DNA from: Elsinoe ampelina
Lineage: Eukaryota
Length of the DNA stretch: 62,848 nt
Direction of reading: 5' to 3'
Assembly (NCBI GenBank): GCA_010093995.1
Contig: ML992501.1
Location: forward strand, 200,560 to 263,407
A program made the translations under genes and the position numbers. Positions 57,318-62,848 of the stretch are shown here, piece after piece. Each line of letters begins with the position of its first letter. The first letter of the stretch is position 1. Below the pieces are notes generated by a model. It saw only the letters and a program-made list of their open reading frames with translations, was not told the DNA's origin and searched no databases.

Positions 57318-58286
57318 ATCAATCATCTCTTCAGACAAGCCGCCTGCATCACCGCGCTGGAGGATCAATGGTCGGGACGATTTCGATAACAGAAACTTCT
57401 CATCAAATGCGCTTCGGACTTCACGATCGTTCCCAAGACCTGTTATGACTTTGTTTTCCTCTGTGCACCTATCTATCGTCTGTCTCATGGATACTGACAA
57501 ATTCAATAGTAGGTGCAGCACAACATGCGAAAACAGATCTACACAATCATATGACAGGCACAAATGTGGCAGCAAACGATCGATCGACCGTGCCGAAACT
57601 ATGAGTGAACGCCAAAGTGGATCATGAACCTCAAACGATTGTCGCAGAACCGTCGGATTGTGGGTCTCGATGCCTCCGAACTACGTGCCATCACGAACGG
57701 CAGACCTGTGGAGCCATGCCGTGCCGCTCGCACCACTCACATGTCACGGAAGTTGAGTAACCCTGAACTCTATTCAACTTCACATCTAACGTACACACGG
57801 CTACTGACCTGGAGGCAAGCCACTTTTGCCTGGTTGAGTGGCCAAAGCACTATTCATCTGTCGGGATCGAGTGTCAACAATGATTGTCACACGACGAGTC
57901 GACCAGTCTGGTAGGTTCCAAGCTTCTGGGCCGGGGGAATCATGCCGTGTCCGTGCTCGATCAGGGGCACACACCGTGTGCTAAGATTCTCCATTGATGC
58001 CTTCGGACAGCTCATCTCACAAAGCTCAACAAACCACAACGTAGCAGACACACTACCAGGCTACAACACTGTGGATGATCCAGTGTGAGGTGAGGGCCAG
58101 GACTTGAACCCGCTGTCCATGAAAGACTTGTACTTCAGAAAGCTGAATCTGAGAATGCTGTGGCTTCTTTTCCTGTCTATCTGCCAGGTAGGTATCGCCC
58201 AATAACTACCAGAAGGTGGTTTCCAAGAGTGATCTCTCACCGTACTCATGACCACACCGAACCCCTTCTTTCCCAATCATACTTTA

Positions 58287-59453
58287 TCACCTACTCATTA
58301 TCATGTTACCCTTCCTCTGTGTCTCCCAAGCCTCGTCACTGATGTCCTCCATGCCCACATCCTCCACCGACCCCTGCACCACGTCCTCCACCCGGCTGTA
58401 CACGGCAACCACAACCGACCTTTTCCCCTTGATCACCTCCTGGGCCACACCGGTGCTGCATTTCCCCCCGTTCGACCCATCATACATCACCCACGTCGAC
58501 TGGGTAGCCTCCATGTCACCTTCCTCGCGGAAGGCTACATGCATCTCGGTGCCTGGCTCCAGAGTGACGAGGCAGAAGAGGTGGTAGGTGGCGCTCATCT
58601 CCTTGCCTCTCTGCCTTTCACCGTGATGGTAATGCTCACTTGAACGTACAGTGACGGACTGGAAGACGTCGTCGATGGCAGCGTCGTGGCGGGCAAAGCT
58701 GGGTCCAGTGACGAGGCGGTGGGGGAGGCGGTGGTCCATGGCGAGGTTTTGACGGTTGATGAAGCCGCCGCAGTGCTCGCATGTGGGACGATCAGTGGGC
58801 TGGTAGGAGGAGAAGAAAGCATTGACTTGTTCTTGGAAGGTCCTTAGAGTGATGCCGTCGCTGATAGGGAAGTCTTTGGGAATGTCGATGTGAGTGACCT
58901 GGTCAAAGGTGTCGAGGTGGTTGTAGTGGGCTTTGTCGCACTGGGTGCAGTCATCGACAGACATGATTGTCAAGCCGAATTGAGGAGTCTGAGATAGAAG
59001 CATGTCGAGAATGCTGTTTACGTTTTGCTTCGGTGGTGGTAGGATAGGCGCTAGAAGGCGGGTTCCCATGCGGCTAAGTGTCACGGCGAGCTCAGCCGGG
59101 TTGGAAGAGATCCAGATGACACGCATGAGATGCTGAGTGACTTTGTGAAACTTCTCGTTATGGCGGTAAATGTCTGCGAACATCAGGTGTGCTCTGTCGT
59201 ACTTCTTGAGCCATTGGCAGCACCAGTTGAGTAGCATGAGACAGGAGGCCAATTGAGAATCACGGAAGCTGCCGGTCAGGTCGATACCATGCAAGAAGCG
59301 GCCACGGTGATTGAGACCTTGCTGAGGAGATGTGAGGCTGTCATCTGGGAATTCCTGGAAGATCAGCCCATCCTGACCATCTACCCAGGCTGTGCGCGGC
59401 TCATCGAACCATCGGTCCATGTCGTCTTCGGTGTTCGGGAATGGCCAAACCAT
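58287..59453 (-). CDS. Orphan protein with USP (C19)/papain-like layout and CxxC..CxxC zinc ribbon; catalytic Cys apparently absent
   Basis: 388-aa intact ORF with good ATG context. CTQC...CEHC zinc ribbon, RLPHRLV, and a His-box-like YHLFCLV...MHVAF...WVMYDG. The Cys-box position reads TGSFRDSQLAS. The fold assignment is an inference. Confidence 0.55.
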   Translation of the reverse strand: MVWPFPNTEDDMDRWFDEPRTAWVDGQDGLIFQEFPDDSLTSPQQGLNHRGRFLHGIDLTGSFRDSQLASCLMLLNWCCQWLKKYDRAHLMFADIYRHNEKFHKVTQHLMRVIWISSNPAELAVTLSRMGTRLLAPILPPPKQNVNSILDMLLSQTPQFGLTIMSVDDCTQCDKAHYNHLDTFDQVTHIDIPKDFPISDGITLRTFQEQVNAFFSSYQPTDRPTCEHCGGFINRQNLAMDHRLPHRLVTGPSFARHDAAIDDVFQSVTVRSSEHYHHGERQRGKEMSATYHLFCLVTLEPGTEMHVAFREEGDMEATQSTWVMYDGSNGGKCSTGVAQEVIKGKRSVVVAVYSRVEDVVQGSVEDVGMEDISDEAWETQRKGNMIMSR

Positions 59454-59770
59454 GTTGCTTGCTTGAGGTTGGATGGTGAATAAAATGAAAAGATGAAGAA
59501 GGAAATGAGAAAGTCGTCAACCTGAAAAGGACAGGGTGAAATGCATCGTTGGTGAATCACTTGCCTGCGGCTCTCGGACTCTGCATGCGCCCGCCGCAAC
59601 ACTGCCGCGCGATTAATGTGACTGCCACAACAGCCAGACTACCACATGGTGTTAAACGATATTCATTGACGCTGGTTGTCGTCGATTGCTGGATGGAGGG
59701 ATTGGCTACGAAGGATCAAGCGGTGCTCTTCAACATCGTTGCAATCTCGGGCATGTCTCGGGAGTTCCAC

Positions 59771-59912
59771 TGTTGTAATGGAAGGCTGGTACAGCTTCTC
59801 TGGTACTGAAGAACTGGTACTGATGAGTCAGCGCACGCACAGTAGATAAATCGGTTATTGTAACTCTCTGAATAAAACACACATCTCTCGATCCGATTTG
59901 CTAGTTATAACA
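59771..59912 (+). repeat. 5' LTR of Ty1/copia element (142 bp)
   Basis: Starts TGTTGTAA and ends TTATAACA (an inverted terminal repeat with one C>T). Contains AATAAA and is followed immediately by the copia-type PBS GGTTATAAGCC (59913-59923; RIP-altered GGTTATGAGCC). Confidence 0.75.
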
Positions 59913-61521
59913 GGTTATAAGCCTGGCGCTTCTACAAAAGCACTTAAAGCTATAGCAAATTAAGCATGTCATTATTAAAAGGATTACTAAGCCGCCTATA
60001 CTAAATTCTAGACTAGCTATATTAAGACAAACACTTGTAGTAGCCCGTATTAACCCTTTAATTAAACAGTTTAAACGGCTTAAATAAGCTAATTATATTA
60101 ATTAAATTAACAGGCCTTTAGCTAATTACTATTATTATATCTAGATTAGCAAAAATGCTCGAGACTTAGATTCTTAAGAGAGGAAGTAACTATAATACTT
60201 AGAGATTAACTCTTAAGGTAGCCCTCCTTAAAAAGGATATACTTAGATATACAATTTATAACATTAACTAGATACTAGTAGTTATAAAGCTTAAAGAACT
60301 AGCCCTAGATACTAGTAAAGGCACTAAGGCAATCTATAAGGTTAGGAATAAGACCTAGTATAAGAATAATAGAATTACTTATAGTATTATTATAATAAGG
60401 ATTTATAAATCTATTAGACCTTACTATAGTATAACTTAGAAGACTTTAAAGGAACTTCTAGACACTATTAAAGCTATATTTAAACCTGTTGTTTTATATA
60501 AGCTATATATAGCTATCTATAACCTTAATAAGGTAATTATAATAAGTTATAACACCTAAAGGTACTATAAAGATTTTATAAAGTACTATTATTAATACAC
60601 TATTACTATAGAGCAAAGAGTAAGCACTATTAGTGCTAAACTAGATAAGTTTAGGCTCCCTCTATACTATATTAAGACTATGTTTATTATAGGAATAGAG
60701 ACTACTAAATAGTTAAGGAGCTAGAGATCTAGCCTTAACTATAAGAAGAGTCTTAAAAAGATAATAGGCTCTCTTAGAATATAGAAGCCTCTATATAATA
60801 GAAGAACTAATTTAAACTCTATTTATAGAGTAGCTAGTTATATTAAGGATTAATACACTTAGTATACTTATTATGTCTACTCTAATATAGATTACTTTAA
60901 GTAGTACCCTAAGAAAGCACTAAAGAGTTAGAGCAAAAGGAATAATAAAGACAAGTTAAATAATAAAGATATAAAGGCTAAAGGTAAAGGTAACAAGTTA
61001 AAGACTAAGAAAGTTAAAGGTTAAGTAGCTATTAAAGAATCTAGAGAACTTACTAAGGTAGGTAAATTAGATAAACGCTCTAATACTAATATTAATATTA
61101 TTATACTAGTCTATAGAGTAGTAGCAGTGTCTATATTATTATCCTTAACCTATAGTAAGAATAGAGTAATCTATAACTCTAGTACGTTAAGGTACTTTAT
61201 TAAAGATAGGTTATAGTTTTTAACAATTAAGGTATATAAAGGTGTTCTTAAATTTAAATAAGCTATTAGCACAAAGAAGCTACTTAATATAGAAGTAGGC
61301 ATAGTTAGGCTTACTCTAACTAATAGTAAAGGTAAGAAGTTAATTATTAAGCTTTATAATTATATATACTTACTATTATTACTAAATACTTTTATATTTA
61401 ATCTTTAGAATAAAGAGGAACTTAGTATCTCTATAGTTAGCAAATCCTTAATAAAGGATAGAAAGGAAGTTAGCCTTATTAAACACTTTAAAAGAGTTAA
61501 ATAGCTTAAGAACTTTAAAGT

Positions 61522-61569
61522 NNNNNNNNNNNNNNNNNNNNNNNNNNNNNNNNNNNNNNNNNNNNNNNN
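61522..61569. other. Assembly gap (N run)
   Basis: Run of n characters inside the RIP-mutated element. Confidence 0.99.
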
Positions 61570-62848
61570 CTATTAGATTAGAAGAACTTTAAATATTAGA
61601 TCTTAGCTACTATAAACTATATACTATATTAAAGGTATAGAGAGTAGTATTAAGAGAACTAAGAGATATACTAAAATACTTACTAGATAAGCTCTATCTA
61701 GACCTTATTAGTCCTATTAAACTATAGTTAAGTAAGAGCTATAAATACCTTCTCCTTATAATATATAGTAAGAGTAAGTATAAGTTTATTACTATCCTCT
61801 TCCTTAAGAGTAATATACTAGTAGTAATTAAACTTATCTATATAAGGAACAAAATAGCCTATAATAAGCTTTTATTTATCTTTATCTCTAATAGAGAAGG
61901 TAAATTTAAGAACTATAAACTAGCAATAGCTATTTATCTTAAAGAGTAGAGATAGAACATCTCTACACCTAATACTTAATACTAAAATAGTAAATCTAAG
62001 ACCACTAATAAAGTAGTTATTCTTAGAATAAGGTATATCTTTATTAATTATAGAGCACCCCTTAAACTCTAGTATATAGTTATAGAGTTTATAATCTATA
62101 TTAGTAATAGAATTACCTATACTAAAACTAAGAAGATTCCTATATAAGAGCTTAGAAAGAATCTTCTTAATAATAATAGGCTAGTCTTATTAACTTATAT
62201 TAGACGCTTCGGCTATAGAGCTTATGTCTATAACTAATATATTTCTAAATTATACAAATTCTAAGCTAGAGCACTACTTAGTTAGTATATTAGTATATAG
62301 AACAACTTAATAACTAATTACCTTATCTAGATACCCTATTAGTATTATACTTAGCAAGCCTAGAAGAGAAAGATTATTATATTACCCTATATAACATTTA
62401 ATAAGAATATAGTCTATAAAGACTAGGCAACATAAGTTATTAAATAGCTATATATCCTATAGGTATAACAACCTAAGGCTTTATAGCTTTAGAAGAAGTA
62501 GACATTTAGTAGTAATTATAATTAAGGCTATAGCTATAACTAACTACCCTTTAGTTATAAGAATCTATAAACTACTTAGGCTAAACAACCTTAAGTTAAA
62601 TAACTAATATCTAACTACCCTTCTATCCCTAGATATAAATAACAATTATCTACCCCTATTAAAGAATAGAAGGAGTAATACTAATATCCTAAACTAGATC
62701 CTTAACCTATTAATAAACAGGAAGAGTAACTTAATGTTACTAATTATAAAGGTAAAGACTTTATAATACTACTACCTAAAGTTATTAGTGAACTATATTT
62801 AACCTTTAATCCTATAGTTAATGTTAATTAACTACTAATATATATATA

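Larger units (their letters stand above)
59771..62848 (+). mobile_element. RIP-inactivated Ty1/copia LTR retrotransposon (runs off the window end; assembly gap inside)
   Basis: Abrupt switch to very AT-rich, TpA-saturated, CpA/TpG-poor sequence with no ORFs. Back-mutating the transitions recovers a gag knuckle tail H..CFKQHPEKAP (~60878-60922), protease VIYDSG..RHF.KDR (~61165-61210), integrase-end P.KLW...Y..NR (~62055-62115) and RRFGCRAYV (~62201-62228), in copia gag-PR-IN order. Confidence 0.85.

Noticed and set aside
59950..62848. AT-rich tract as mitochondrial insertion or centromeric satellite
   Set aside because: TpA saturation plus recoverable copia gag/protease/integrase motifs and an LTR-PBS junction explain it as a RIP-mutated retrotransposon.

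Overview
Eukaryotic DNA from a filamentous ascomycete (Pezizomycotina). This rests on short GT-AG introns with CTRAY branch sites, the fungal gene set, and a RIP-mutated transposon. The window has three zones. (1) ~1.7-13.1 kb: a same-strand tandem array of three diverged, apparently intronless paralogues sharing a JmjC-like (2-oxoglutarate/Fe(II) DSBH) C-terminal domain. Each has a different metal-binding triad (HxD..H, HxH..H, SxD..Y), and the first also carries an AT-hook and three Zn2Cys6-like clusters. (2) ~13.9-51.1 kb: a core block with GH3 beta-glucosidase, malate synthase, GMC oxidoreductase, a GPI wall protein, a mitosis-related run (TPX2-like, SGO1, DAD2, YPI1, CRM1), RPL24, DJ-1/PfpI, a fasciclin protein, GAD, a small membrane protein, a TRI12-like MFS transporter and a peroxisomal acyl-CoA dehydrogenase. 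(3) ~51.1-62.8 kb: an orphan/decaying zone with a frameshifted GIY-YIG-like + multi-zinc-finger pseudogene, small spliced orphans and a USP-like protein apparently lacking the catalytic Cys. It ends in a heavily RIP-mutated Ty1/copia element whose 5' LTR and PBS are still readable. The JmjC trio is the best candidate for an undescribed system. All calls come from manual motif recognition; no database searches were run.
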